A stretch of DNA of 63,407 nucleotides, filler included, from Rozella allomycis CSF55 (GCA_000442015.1; 12 parts of 12 records of this genome joined end to end with filler, not necessarily neighbours in it), one strand, 5' to 3'. Shown: positions 12,738 to 25,499, counted from the first letter of the whole stretch. Numbers and translations are program-made. The notes: generated from the sequence alone by a model not told the origin.

Positions 12738-12874
12738 TGAAATTTCAAAAATTGTAAAAATGCTACTTTATTTGAAAGATTTTCATTAATATAAATTGAC
12801 TCTTTCCACTTCTCTACTTCTTTAGTTATTAATACATCTAACAATTACCAAGAAGAATATCGCCGTGGCTTGGT

Positions 12875-13873
12875 ATGTCAGAATTTTTTGTTATTGCTGG
12901 ATCCTATGAAAGACTGTTATATGGCCTAAAGTATGAAGAAGGAAATGTAGCAACATTATTTATATTAAATTTAGACTGACCTGACTCCTTCATTTATAAT
13001 GCCAAGTCACACAAATATGGTTTCATGTGTTTCAGCTGGCTCAAGATATCTAGCCTCAGGATCTACTGATGAGACTATAAGAATTTATGATTTAAAAACG
13101 AAAAAAGAATTGGGATCATTATTCCAACATGATAGTAGTGAACTTTAATGCTTTAAAATAGATTCAATTAGATCATTAGCTTTTTACGAGAACACGCATT
13201 TATTATCAGCTTCAGATGACGGAAAAATATGTTTGTTCAGAACAAATGACTGGGAATGTTTAAAATCATTTAAGGATCATTCAGGTCCCGTGTTGAGCCT
13301 TTCAATTCATCCTTCTGGAAGACTAGCATTGTCAATTGGAAAAGATAAGAAAATGTGCATTTGGAACTTGATGAATGCTTCACTTGCGAAATCAATCAAG
13401 CTTCAACAAGTATTTGAAAAAGTACACTGGAATCAATCCGGCTCTTTGTACATCTTGGTGAGCGAAAACTTTTTCAGAGTATTTTCAATTGAAGTAAGAT
13501 TTTGCAATTTTTTAAATAGCCTAATACATGTGTTTTCGAATATAAACCACACACCAAGGTCTATGCCTGCAGATTTGTTGGCGAGCGTCATATTGTATTT
13601 GGAGGAGAGGATTCAGAATTGTATTTATTAGATATAGACAATGAAGGATCTATGAAGAAGCTTGAATCATTCCCTGATTCTAGAAGAGTGAAAGACATTG
13701 ACGTTATTTATACTACATCAGGGACCTACATTTCAGCTGTCTACTCTAGTGGTACTGTGGGCGTTTGGTCTTGCCCAAAAGATTCTCAGAATTTTACGCC
13801 ATCTGCTGTCTATCAGTCAAAATGCCGCTTAACGTGCGTCACCACTTCTCATGTATTCGGAGAATCGAAATAG
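12875..13873 (+). CDS. MAK11: WD40 ribosome biogenesis factor Mak11/PAK1IP1
   Basis: IAGSYERLLYG, YLASGSTDETIRIYDL..KKELGSL, LLSASDDG, LSIHPSGRLALSIGKD, RVKD, CRLTC; small introns. Confidence 0.88.
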
Positions 13874-13970
13874 AATAAAACCATGGATGTTAATGGATGT
13901 TAATTTTATTTAAAATAGAAACATCTTTTGACGAATTTGGATTTATTCTTTAGTTTATAATTGCAAGACA

Positions 13971-15076
13971 TTATGATGAATTCAGTGATGATCGGGAAGG
14001 GGAAGGAATCAATCTGGTTTGCTCTTGATTAAGTAAGAAGCACAATTCATTTAATCCACTGTTTGCATTTTCTCCCAAGGCATTGTTAAGACAAAGAATC
14101 ATCTGGGAAATCCTTCTAATGGATTGTAATGTGCGCTTCCCTGATATGGCTTCATTAATCATTGAACCAAAATTTTCTTGGATAACTTTACTGTTAGGCA
14201 CAACAATTTTATCCAAAAATATTTTAAAGCAAGTATTCTTTAATTTATTTCGATTTCCTGACTGATTAATAGCGGGCAGAAACATCGCCTGGGACAATTG
14301 TGCAATGTTTNATTTATTTCGATTTCCTGACTGACTAATAGCGGGCAGAAACATCGCCTGGGACAATTGTGCAATGTTTAGGTTACCTGTAACAGTGGAA
14401 TGACCGTTCCATAAAAGAACGCCCAGATTTCAGAGAGACGTAAAAGAAGTTGATCTTCGTTTGTATTAGACAATTTAAAGGAAAAAGTCAGTATTCCTTG
14501 CTCAATCAATTGAAAGGCATCCTCAATTATTATTTCTATTCCCACATCAATAATCAAGGAAGAAAGTGTATTATTCGTAGTTTCAATTGGGTTCTTTAAT
14601 CCTTCACCGTTGAAAAGAGACATGACTGCATTGCTAATATTCTGCCACTTGGTTTCAGGCGACGAATAGTCAGCTACAGGTGTGGATTTTCCGCTTCTAA
14701 TCACTTTAGAAACCAATGAATCCGAAAACGTTGCAATATTTTCAGGTATTGGTGTAGATTTTCCACTTTTTCCTTTTGATATCAAGAGGTTAGCCAGGGT
14801 CGAGTCGCCATCATTTGGCAAAGAAGTTTTTCTTTTATGTTGAATTACACTTGGAATGGAAAATGCTGACGATGAATTTGTCATTGAACTATTGTCTGGT
14901 GCCTTGAAATTATAATTGTATTTTGTCCTTGTTTCTTTAGCCTCGTGACTGTAACTTTGCAATTGTGATTCTGATGCAAAAGGTTTATTATTGAGGTACA
15001 CAAAGTTTGCTGCATGTTCCTTTGTATTATTTGAGTCGCTTGAATCCTTAGAAACCGCAGTCGAATTCTCAGACAT
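13971..15076 (-). CDS. HbrB-domain protein (Bit61/Protor TORC2 subunit-like)
   Basis: Ser-rich N-terminus then WQNISNAVMSLFNGEGL..PIE, LLRLSEIWAFFYGTVIPLLQ|AMFLP, RISQM. The duplication around n at 14311 is an assembly overlap. Confidence 0.8.
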
Positions 15077-15257
15077 GGTCCCAAAAATCAAAATTCAGAA
15101 ACTAGGATCATCTATTATTCGATTAGCTGATAATATAATATGTAATAATTAATAGATCACGTTCTGTTTCTAAAAGAAAATCGCCAAATTGAATCAGACT
15201 AAGCCATTTCCAATTAAGGATTAAAAGGGAAATCAAGAAACTACCAGGGTTATCGAA

Positions 15258-16039
15258 ATGTACAGACAGTCAGTTATGCGTATGACCAAGCTTGGAAGTG
15301 GTTCTCTTTGCAATGCCTTGCGTGCTATGAGTAAGCCTGCTTCACTTTTCAGAGTTTGCAATGTAAGAAGCTATTCCTCGGGTAACGCAACAAGGCCTGT
15401 TGACAAAGCAGCCAACAATGAACTCAAACGGGTCCTCATGGAAGAAATTAAATACGAAATGGAAAATAAAGAAGATACATTGGGATCTTTAAGCATTGAT
15501 GAATTTAGAGCTGGAAAATTGCCTTCTGAAGTCCAAGAATTTTTAAAGGAGACTGGACTATCTGTCGAGCATAAACTTGGAAGCTCTCTAGTTAGCTTTA
15601 AAAAGGAAACTGATTCTGAAATAATTACTATGAACATTGATATTGAAAATTTGTATGATCACATGGAAGAAGAGTATGAAGAAACAGAAAGTGATTTGGA
15701 ACAAGATAATTATTTCACTACTCAAGTTACAATTGAAAAGAAATCAGGTGGTTTGAAAGCTTTATTTGAATTGGAAGTTTACACGTAAATACATTTACTT
15801 TCTTAAATAGTGATTCTGTATCTTTGGCTTCTGTCTCCTTTTCCAACAACGACAAAGATGCATTCAGGGGACCTGATCTATCACAATTAGACCAACAATT
15901 AGTTGATGGAATGCTAAATTTTCTCTCTTCTCGTGGCATTGACAGTGAATTGTACGGATTGTTTTACAATATGGCAAGAGCCAAAGAATCATCAGAATAC
16001 TTGAATTGGTTGTCAACTTGGAAAAAGTTTTTGGAATAA
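15258..16039 (+). CDS. MAM33: Mitochondrial acidic matrix protein Mam33/C1QBP family
   Basis: Presequence, L.EEIKYE, acidic loop, GPDLSQLDQQL..FLSSRGID..KESSEYLNWL; one small intron near 15785-15810. Confidence 0.88.
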
Positions 16040-16242
16040 TTCAATAAAGCATTCCAGACTATTTAAACCTTCAATTGTTTTTAAGAATATCTTTTTCAAT
16101 TTTGTTTAGTCTAATTATGTTTGCATTAATGGAATCCCTAACCCTAATCCAGTTCACAATTCAAAGATGGATCTTCCAGATCGCGATTGCCATGTACAAA
16201 GCTAATGGTAAAAATGTGTTTATTAAAACAATGCATTTATTT

Positions 16243-17295
16243 TCAATTTCTACTTCGAAAGAGAAACGATTTTGCCGCATTTCTAAATCTAGGAGTTATT
16301 AATATCATCAGTGTCAAATTTAGAGGCGCACCTGAATTTGCCATAAAACAACCAACCATGTCAAAGATAGCACTAGAAGTACCTGTTATCATGTTGTGGA
16401 TAATCATAATCACATAAGGAGTCCAACAAAGAAAGGCGACGACAGCAAAAGTCATAGCACGTATAAACACTTTCTTTTCTTGATCCAAATTCAATGTTGA
16501 CTTTCTTCGTGCATTCGAGTCCACGCTCCTTGTTTCACTTGATGAAATTCGTTTCCTGCTTTTTTGCAGCACTGAATTCGCAGATCTTTGAAACATACTG
16601 AAGACCTTACTCAAACTCTTTGCTTCGCTTGATGTAGATTGTTTCCCGCTTCTTTGCACAGAATTTGAAGATTTTTGAAATACTTTGAATATCCTAAACT
16701 GCATATACACAATTGCTACAACACCTAAACCAAGAATAGACATGATTATAGACGAGACAACGAGATCAGATATTTCCCTTGAATGCCAACTTAAGATACA
16801 ATATACTTCGCTTGGGGCTGACCTATATCCAAGACCCAAGAATAATGGCACTGTGCAAACGCATGCCATAAAGAGAGCACCAAAGAATATCTTTTTTGTA
16901 ATGTCAGCAAATGCGGGGCTTTGACGTTTGGAATTTACAATAACAGCGTAACGTTCATATGTTATGGCTGCCAATGATATCAATTCAAGTGGATAGCCAT
17001 ATAGCACAATAAAACCTAGGACTGCGCATCCTATGTCGCCAAATAATGAAAAGCCCTTTCCTACATAAACCAAAAGCTGAACGATTGCAATCGCTAATGA
17101 CTTAGCACATTCTGTAAATATAAATGGAATCATCGCAAGAGTGGTCGGTGTTTGAATAATAGATCTATCGTAAAAAGATAGAAAGAGCATGAATACGGCA
17201 AGAAAAAAGGAGTACCAGTTAATCAACGACATTGTCAGGATGAAGGTAAGTTGAGGCCAATCAACATGTAAGGGCACAAAGTTAAACGTCAACAT
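16243..17295 (-). CDS. Class A (rhodopsin-like) GPCR, opsin-like, without the Schiff-base lysine
   Basis: Seven hydrophobic segments; TM3 GC...ITYERY, ECL2 YCILSW, TM6 FLCWTPY, TM7 FMANSGAPLNL, helix 8 PRFRNA; intronless. Confidence 0.85.
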   Translation of the reverse strand: MLTFNFVPLHVDWPQLTFILTMSLINWYSFFLAVFMLFLSFYDRSIIQTPTTLAMIPFIFTECAKSLAIAIVQLLVYVGKGFSLFGDIGCAVLGFIVLYGYPLELISLAAITYERYAVIVNSKRQSPAFADITKKIFFGALFMACVCTVPLFLGLGYRSAPSEVYCILSWHSREISDLVVSSIIMSILGLGVVAIVYMQFRIFKVFQKSSNSVQRSGKQSTSSEAKSLSKVFSMFQRSANSVLQKSRKRISSSETRSVDSNARRKSTLNLDQEKKVFIRAMTFAVVAFLCWTPYVIMIIHNMITGTSSAIFDMVGCFMANSGAPLNLTLMILITPRFRNAAKSFLFRSRN

Positions 17296-17677
17296 TTACA
17301 TTCCGATGGTTACCATGAAAGAGAATACTCAACATTGCACCATAAAAAATCTATTTTCCACAGTTCACAGAATTACTAAGGGGCAAGAAATAGGTTTTGG
17401 TTAAAATAGAAGAAAGATAACTGACAAGGGTTTAAATCTAAAATCCATAAGGAAGTTCTAGACAGGGCTATTCTCAAGAATTCTTTAAGTGCTTTATTAA
17501 TTTTCTCCGATGTTAAAAAATCAAGCAATGCGAAATGATTTATTATCAAGAATTAGTGAAAACATCACATCTCTATTACCAACAACAATGTGATTAAGAA
17601 GAAGGGTTTGGAATTAGGTATATTCATACATGAAGTAACGATGATATAAAGTGATCGTAATGTTTCGAAAACGGCAT

Positions 17678-18664
17678 TTATTTTCTACTTTTATAAAGAA
17701 ATGACTTTGCGGCGTTTCTAAATCCAGGAGTGATTGTGATCATGAGAGTCAAATTTAAAGCCGCTCCTGAATTTGCCAGAAAACAAGTAATCATATCAAA
17801 CAAGACACCATCAGTACCTGTAATCATGTTGTAAATAATCATGATGACATACGGAGTCCAACAAAGAAACGAAACGCCCGCAAAAGTCATTGCACGAACA
17901 AAGACCTTCTTCTCTTGTTCCAAATTCAAAGATGATTTTTTTCTTGAAGCCGAGTCGAGACTCTTTGCCTCACTTGATGAGCATTGTTTCCCACTTTTTT
18001 GTTGCACCGAATTTGTAGAACTTTGAAATNAAACAATTGCAACAACCCCCGCAGAAAGAATGGACAGGATAATAGAGGAAACAACGAGATCAGAAATTTG
18101 CCTTGAATGCCAACTCAAAACACAGTAAACACCGCATGGGGCTGGTCTATACCCAAGACCCAAAAATAGTGGCACTGTGCAAATGCATGCCATAAAGAGA
18201 GCACCAAAGATTATCTTTTTTGCAATGTCAGCAAATTCAGGACTTTGACGTTTGGAATTTACAATTACGGCATAACGTTCATATGTTATGACTGCTAATG
18301 ATATCAATGCAAGAGGATAGCCGTATAGCACAATAAAGCCCAAGACTACGCAGCCTGTGTCGNGATAGCCGTATAGCACAATAAAGCCTAAGACTACGCA
18401 GCCTGTGTCACCGACTAATGAAAAGCCCCCGCCTATGTAAACCAAAAGCTGACCGTTGGCTATCGCCAAGGATTTTAACGATTCTGTGAATATAAATGGA
18501 AGCATTGCAAGAGTGTTTGGCGTACGAATGATAGATCTATCGTAAAGAGCTAGAAAGAGCATAAATATGGCTAGAATGAAGGAATACCAGTTAACAAAAG
18601 ACATGGTTAGAACGAAGGTAAGTCTAGGCCAATCAACATGTAAGGGTACAAAGTTAAACGTCAT
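17678..18664 (-). CDS. Tandem paralog of the adjacent class A GPCR (two assembly junctions inside)
   Basis: High similarity to 16243-17295 with the same ERY, YCVLSW, CWTPY and ANSGAALNL motifs; n at 18030 and 18363. Confidence 0.82.
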   Translation of the reverse strand: MTFNFVPLHVDWPRLTFVLTMSFVNWYSFILAIFMLFLALYDRSIIRTPNTLAMLPFIFTESLKSLAIANGQLLVYIGGGFSLVGDTGCVVLGFIVLYGYXDTGCVVLGFIVLYGYPLALISLAVITYERYAVIVNSKRQSPEFADIAKKIIFGALFMACICTVPLFLGLGYRPAPCGVYCVLSWHSRQISDLVVSSIILSILSAGVVAIVXFQSSTNSVQQKSGKQCSSSEAKSLDSASRKKSSLNLEQEKKVFVRAMTFAGVSFLCWTPYVIMIIYNMITGTDGVLFDMITCFLANSGAALNLTLMITITPGFRNAAKSFLYKSRK

Positions 18665-18831
18665 TTAGGATATCCGTACCTGTATTTTTCTTCTATAGTG
18701 ATCTCCAAGGAAACAAGGTATATATTGTAATGGGTGCCATGGAATTGCTTGTTGCCTACAATACATTCAATCACTTCTTTTTTTTAGTTTGCAAACTAAT
18801 TTTATTTAAAGTATTTATGCCAGTCTTCTCA

Positions 18832-18931
18832 NNNNNNNNNNNNNNNNNNNNNNNNNNNNNNNNNNNNNNNNNNNNTTAATTAATTAANNNNNNNNNNNNN
18901 NNNNNNNNNNNNNNNNNNNNNNNNNNNNNNN
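18832..18931. other. Artificial scaffold linker (N-TTAATTAATTAA-N, 100 nt), first of 11 in the window
   Basis: Identical linkers also start at 23048, 27833, 29488, 33273, 36962, 40565, 43204, 51187, 56176 and 57949; the 12-mer gives stops in all six frames. Confidence 0.97.
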
Positions 18932-20455
18932 TTTGGATTCAAGCAGACTCAATCTGACTGGGGAGTGTACATTATTAATGAAGGAAATGAATTTACTATC
19001 TTAATTGTTTATGTTGATGATATTTTAATTGGATCAAGAAGTGAGAAAAAGCTTAATGATGTGATATCTTACTTGGAAAAGAGTTTTTAGATTGGTTCAA
19101 ATACTGATATAAATTGGTTCTTAGGAATACAAATTGAANGATGAAACCGGAATATGAATCATTAATGATCAATAATACATGGAAACTAGTTGATTTGCCT
19201 AAAGGTAGAAAAGCTGTAAATTAAGATGGGTCTTTAAGAAGAAAAAGAATGAACACGGTCAAGTTAGTCGATATAAAGCAAGATTAGTTCTCAAAGGATT
19301 CACTCAAAAATTTGGCATTGATTATTATGAAACTTTTAGTCCAGTAGTAAATATGAATTCAGTGAGAATATTTTTATCTTTGGTAGCACAATGCGATCTT
19401 CACACTAGACAATTGGTCATTTCAACCGCATATTTGAACAGTGAGATGGATTGTGAATTATTCATGGAACAACCCGAAGGTTTCGTTGAACAAGGAAAAG
19501 AAGATAAAGTTTGCTTATTATTGAATCGTTGTATGGTGCTAATCAATCAGGAAGAAATTGGAACAAATGCTTGCATCAAGTGTTAGTAGATTTTGGATTC
19601 AAGCAGACTCAATCTGACTGGGGAGTGTACATTATTAATGAAGGAAATGAATTTACTATCTTAATTGTTTATGTTGATGATATTTTAATTGGATCAAGAA
19701 GTGAGAAAAAGCTTAATGATGTGATATCTTACTTGGAAAAGAGTTTTTAGATTGGTTCAAATACTGATATAAATTGGTTCTTAGGAATACAAATTGAAAG
19801 AAATAAAGTATTGAAAGAAATTTATTTGAGTCAAACTGCATATACTAAAAAGATTGTGAAGAATTTCAAATTGGAAGAAGCAAACGTCATGTCTACTCCG
19901 ATCGAAGCAGGAAGGAAATATTCAAAGTCTTCTTGTCCAGTGATTAATAGTGAAGAATATTATGAAATACAGAGCGTACCTTATAGACGAGCTGTCGGAA
20001 GTTTGTTAGGATGTACTCGCCCTGATATTGCATAGAGCCTTCTTCAACTAAAAAGTCGACTTTTCAAAAGTAGATAATTTTCGAAAATTCATCCAAAAAC
20101 CCGGCTTAAAAGCAAATTTCCTACTTTTTTGAAAAGAAGCTACCCGTGCTACTTTTTTAGAATTATCTACTTTTTCAATTTTTGAGCCCAATTCTTAGAA
20201 TACTAAAAANCAAATTGAAAGAAATAAAGTATTGAAAGAAATTTATTTGAGTCAAACTGCATATACTAAAAAGATTGTGAAGAATTTCAAATTGGAAGAA
20301 GCAAACGTCATGTCTACTCCGATCGAAGCAGGAAGGAAATATTCAAAGTCTTCTTGTCCAGTGATTAATAGTGAAGAATATTATGAAATACAGAGCGTAC
20401 CTTATAGACGAGCTGTCGGAAGTTTGTTAGGATGTACTCGCCCTGATATTGCATA

Positions 20456-21050
20456 GAGCCTTCTTCAACTAAAAAGTCGACTTTTCAAAAGTAGATAATT
20501 TTCGAAAATTCATCCAAAAACCCGGCTTAAAAGCAAATTTCCTACTTTTTTGAAAAGAAGCTACCCGTGCTACTTTTTTAGAATTATCTACTTTTTCAAT
20601 TTTTGAGCCCAATTCTTAGAATACTAAAAATATTTTTAAACAAATAATTTATATTAATATCTATCTTTCTTACAAGTGAAATTTGCAGGGTAAAATAAAC
20701 AAATAAAATTGAGTCCGTCGAATCACAAATAGCACGATTTTGTCGTGCATTAAAAATCCTGTTAGCGTAATACACATTTAGAGAAATAAATTATGATTCT
20801 TTGTTGCTATTGCCATAAACCAAGTCATAGAATTCCTAACTCCAGGTTTTCGTCATTTGCAACAGCCCAATATAGGTATTTTGAAAATCTTATACAATAT
20901 TAGTTATTTTTATGTGCTCCGGTGAACTTTAAGACAACATAATGTAAAAATCGAAGTGGTGTTTTATTAACTTCATACTTGAAGCACTCATCCACTTTCT
21001 ATTAACTTTTTATCGACTTAGAAAAGCGACTTTTTAGTTGAAGAAGACTC
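20456..21050. mobile_element. Non-autonomous TIR element (MITE, PIF/Harbinger-Tourist-like) inserted in copia RT
   Basis: TIRs GAGCCTTCTTCAACTAAAAAGTCG and CGACTTTTTAGTTGAAGAAGACTC; flanks ATA/TTA. Removal restores copia DIA-YAVG. Its left part also appears at 20035-20209 from assembly overlap. Confidence 0.85.
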
Positions 21051-21174
21051 TTATGCCGTAGGTGTCGCCTCCAGATACTTAATCAATCCAGGAAAGGAAC
21101 ATTGGGCACTTGTGAAGAGAACTAAAAGGTATTAGAAAGGAACTAAAAGTGAAGTGTTAAGTTTTAGGTGTGAC

Positions 21175-21535
21175 AACGTAGCCACACCAAAAATATATCA
21201 GGGCCATCGTTAATCTTGAAATGGCACGTTAGGTGCACATCACCACAATGTATGGTCTCACTGAACCTTTTCGACCTGTACAATCAATCGCGAAAGGCTC
21301 TCCGGCTTCGTGCATTCTGTTCAAAGCACACTGTGATCTATTATATGAAATGACAAACAAACTAACGCTAGCGTACATGCTGCACAAAACACTTATCTCT
21401 ACCCTTGGCTATGCAGACGACAAGTATCAACCAACTTCGCACGTGGACCACATCCAATCATTCACGGTTACCAATTATGAATTCTTTGACTCGATCCACC
21501 ACCAGCCAATTGGCCCCATCAAAACCAAAGTCCTT
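21175..21535 (+). mobile_element. Non-LTR (LINE) RT fragment nested in copia remnant
   Basis: SIAKGSPASCILFKAHCD and LGYADD, homologous to the RT at 31562-32230. Confidence 0.75.
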
Positions 21536-23399
21536 AATGAGGCTCACCATTACTGGTTTAGAAATCTTATGGAAGGAAACGTAGTTAAGACAAAAAAATT
21601 TAGCCGTATGAGACCGGACTATTTATTGATTATCTCCGAGCCTTTTCACTGGATTTGTTCTATTCATATTAATTAAGAGATCTAACAATATTTAGTCGCA
21701 GTACTTGAAAGTAATTAAATATATTATTGCATTACTGATGCTTGCTCACATCAAATGTTCTTTAGAGAATATAGTTGTCGCCAATTGGGAGGTTGAGATG
21801 AAGTTCATACCAATGATTATTTGAATTGTAAAAATAGAAATAGTTATATTAATGTAGTCATGGATCACATTAATTGTACCGATTGAAGAGACAATTTGTT
21901 GCCAATATGTCTAGTGGTCGAAATCATCGCGATGGACTTTCAAGTGCAAAAATGATATATTACCTATAATTGACTAGTAGCAAGATCTTAATTATTTTTA
22001 TGGACCTGAAAATCCTTGCTATCGTCAAGGACCTTTAAGTTGGTCTGGTATGTCATTACCCCCTTCCAATAGCTAGAGGCGTTGATAATATGTAATATTA
22101 GGTGACTTGTCATGTAAATTACTAGTATAATGTTCAATGTGCAAATTGAAAACGACATCTAAGGATGTAAAGAAAAGTTTATTGACAAGTCTGTGTAGCA
22201 CTTCAATTTGCAGGAACTAAAAAACAAGTAGGTCAATAATCTTTTGTAGTGTTGTGGTGCGCCGACGGACAGGGTTAGACACGAAATGTCAGAGTATTCA
22301 TCTGCGTGGTTATTACTGGCACTGTTTTCTTGGGTTGTTGCAAACTTAAGATTTTAGTTTGGCAACAGCAAGAAAAGGTTTGGTTCTATCCTTGCCTCAA
22401 TTTTCAAAACTAGTGTCAGAATTTAGTGTTGCCGAAAGGTATGCTGCTCAACTTTCCAGGATTTTACGGTACCTATTCTACTTTCAGCCACCTCGTGGTG
22501 ATCAATTTCAAAACACTGCGCCACTAAATGGTATTGGCGGCAGTCCATAGTCTCAAAATTTTCATTCCATCTATAAAATTGTCAAATCAATTAAATCGAA
22601 AAATGAATGTAATTGGATAAGATAACGGCAAAGAATATTTTTCAATTAAATTTGACAATTATTGTATGGCGCGTGGTATTGTGCAAGAAACAAATCCCGG
22701 ATATATTCCGGAAATGAATGGTATTGCAGAAAGATTTTATCGAATTTTAAAGATGTACATGGAAAGCAAGATTACCCAGTCATGCTTGGGATGATGCATT
22801 TATATATTTTGTCAACATACGGAGAAGATGTAAAACAAAAGGCGAAAATTCATTTATGACTCCATTTGAATTGATGTGCGGACATTAACCAAATTTCAAT
22901 TACATTAAAATACTTGGATGTTCTGCTTGGGTTCAGGTATCTAAAGAAATGCTAAAAAGTTAATACAAAGCAACAAAATATATAATGTCCGCCGGAGACC
23001 GACGGAGACTCCCCAAATATCAAAATTTTTATTTAAAAAATAAGTATNNNNNNNNNNNNNNNNNNNNNNNNNNNNNNNNNNNNNNNNNNNNTTAATTAAT
23101 TAANNNNNNNNNNNNNNNNNNNNNNNNNNNNNNNNNNNNNNNNNNNNTAAAACAGTTGCAGAGACAGATTTTGGAGCTTGTATCATCAATAATGATATCC
23201 CTATGTTCTATAATTTTTCTTATTTCCTAATTACACCCATTTCTCATTTTCGTGTTTTTTTCTCATTCCTTCACATGGAGTGTCAGGGTTCTCATTGGGA
23301 CTCGTACATGAAACAAAACTTCCAGGACCCCATAGTATCAAGATGCAAGTATGACAGGAATTTCACATAACATAGAGGATGAATATTGTAAAATTATAT

Positions 23400-25170
23400 T
23401 AATAAACCATATTTTCGGCTACCTGCCAGGACCGGCAGGATGTATGTTGCTACGGTCGCTAATTTGGAAATCCTCCAAAGACCAAAATTTACATAAACTT
23501 ACCTTTTCATTTTCATTTTTCTTACCACCATTTTAAAGCATTAAAGTAGACGTGTTGCATAGACGAATGTATACACTGACGCGAAGGCGAATCAAATAAT
23601 TCTGTATGTTTTACATCTCTGGGCATGTTTCGTGCCTGGTAACGATCAAGTTCGTCCTCAATCATCTGGTCAAGACTTCGAGCGTCCTTTCGATCTTAAA
23701 TTCATTTTCAGTTACCACATCCATAAATCCTAAAATCGTCAACACAAATTGGTACCTGTCATTAAACCAAATGATTGATCTACATCTTTAGTGTTTTGAA
23801 CAGCAATTTCCAATTGTCCCTCCTCTTTGTCGCTTAAGACGACCTTCATAAATTCTTTCATTTTGCTCAGCACACTTGCTTTTTGAGGAATGTCTACGTT
23901 TTCATCTTTTAGGGATTGTAAGAGGGGATGAAAAAACATGGCCCACTAATGTTAGTCCCCAAAAACGGGGTTTGGACGCAAAAGTTTAATTGTCTCGTCA
24001 TTAAACATGTTTATTAGGCGCCACACCCCTGCCTATAATCGCTAAGTCAACCCAGAATAGAATACATATTGAGAATTTTACCAACTTTTCGCCGCAAAAG
24101 ACAATGACATTTGTTACATTACCAGCCTCTGCTTTCACCTCAGACAAAGAATGATCAAACACANTTTCACCTCAGACAAAGGATGATCAAACACATCACC
24201 CACAATTGTGCTCAGCCAATTGCATTTCAAGACATTAAAAATGTAAATTTATCGAATAAGAAGTACAAATAAATCTTGATTCACGGAACATAGCGTTGTA
24301 AGTTTGCGCTACACGTCTAATTTTAATGTTGATTGCATCTTTTTCAGTTTGTCCCAAAGGCGATAATGCCACTTAACAATTGTAAAAGATCTCGTTAATG
24401 TCCACGTAGTACATGGTACATCAAAGGTATGGAATTCGTACGTTATTAGTCCAGATATCAAGGTTCACCGGTAGAGCAAGTAAATCATGTGCCACTTGAC
24501 ATCTCAGGCGAATAACATTTCCCAGTGCTTTTTCAACACGTTCACTTATCATTATATTTTTTCGAGAAAGTGAATCGTCAAACAGGAAATCAAACCAAAT
24601 TGTCCACAAAGAATTTCTACATGTGGATAGGTCTCACGATTCGCAGTGCCTTGGCCACAAGTCTCAAACAACGTACCCGAGATCTTTTCAAACGGGCGAT
24701 TATCAAGAACGCAGCAACGTTAACAATCCTTAGTCATTTGTCGGTTTAGAGCTTGTGTCAATTTTGACATGCTCAGAAAACTGGTAATTTTTTGCTACGG
24801 AGCCGTTAATACATTGGCATATTGTTTTATTGTTTTTTAAATAACTATGACCCCAAATTTTTGACAATTAAGAGCAACGCTGTACGGCGTTGCTCTTAAT
24901 TGTACATATAGTATCCCGATCGCGAAGAGTTGCCCTCTTCGTTGAAATTCAACAATTTCACTTTTTGCCAAGCATCTACTGAAAAGGACTTGTCGGGCTC
25001 CACAAGAATATGATCACCGTTTGTCACCGTTGCATCTATCTCCATTATTGTCAGTTTTGCTGACTACAATTGTTCGTCTTCGGATGTCGATATGTCATCG
25101 TTGTCAAATGCCCCGTCAGATGAGTCAATATATGTAGACAGTTGAGTTTAGTCGGCTATCGAAATGAAAT
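23400..25170 (-). pseudogene. Decayed hAT transposase
   Basis: Minus-strand fragments in hAT order: BED-like SKIWGH..ICQC, DNRPF, LDIWTNN..PY, FFHPLL, and C-terminal dimerization-domain-like KFW..F|KLATVATYILPVLAGS. Multiple frameshifts. Confidence 0.65.
24864..24903. repeat. 40-nt near-perfect palindrome/hairpin
   Basis: ACAATTAAGAGCAACGC-TGTACG-GCGTTGCTCTTAATTGT, 17-bp perfect arms. Confidence 0.9.
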
Positions 25171-25499
25171 GAAAATATATTGAAATGACATGAATTGAAA
25201 TGAAAATTTATTAACGAGAAGGTGCCGGTCACATCAATTCTACAGCTCAAATCGTGCGAACAAGACCAAAGCGGGTTGTTAAGTCTGCCGTTTCCTTTGG
25301 GCGTCTCGATAGCGAAAGAAGCTGTGCTCCATCGCTTTCATGAAGAGATAAATAAGCTCCCACGTCACCTTCGCGCTCCTTCATTTACATCTCTCACCAC
25401 CTGTCTATTACGTTTTTTCTTCCTCTCTCACCACCTGTCTTTTACGTTTTAAGTATTTGATTTTGGCCAATTACTGCCTCTGTGTTTGTTTTTTCTATT

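Larger units (their letters stand above)
18932..22990 (+). mobile_element. Decayed Ty1/copia LTR retrotransposon fragments (RT, RNase H tail, integrase) with nested insertions
   Basis: NNTWKLVDLPKGRK, YKARLVLKGF.QKFGIDYYETFSPV, LYGANQSGRNW, IVYVDDILI, TRPDIA|YAVGVASRY..NPGKEHW, and integrase DNGKEY / EMNGIAER near 22620-22740. Many stops and frameshifts. Confidence 0.85.

Noticed and set aside
19790-20630. Tandem duplications next to single n characters (also near 14311, 18363, 43014, 44564, 47003, 49418, 63141)
   Set aside because: Each duplicate abuts an n and repeats the adjoining contig end, as expected for unmerged overlaps.
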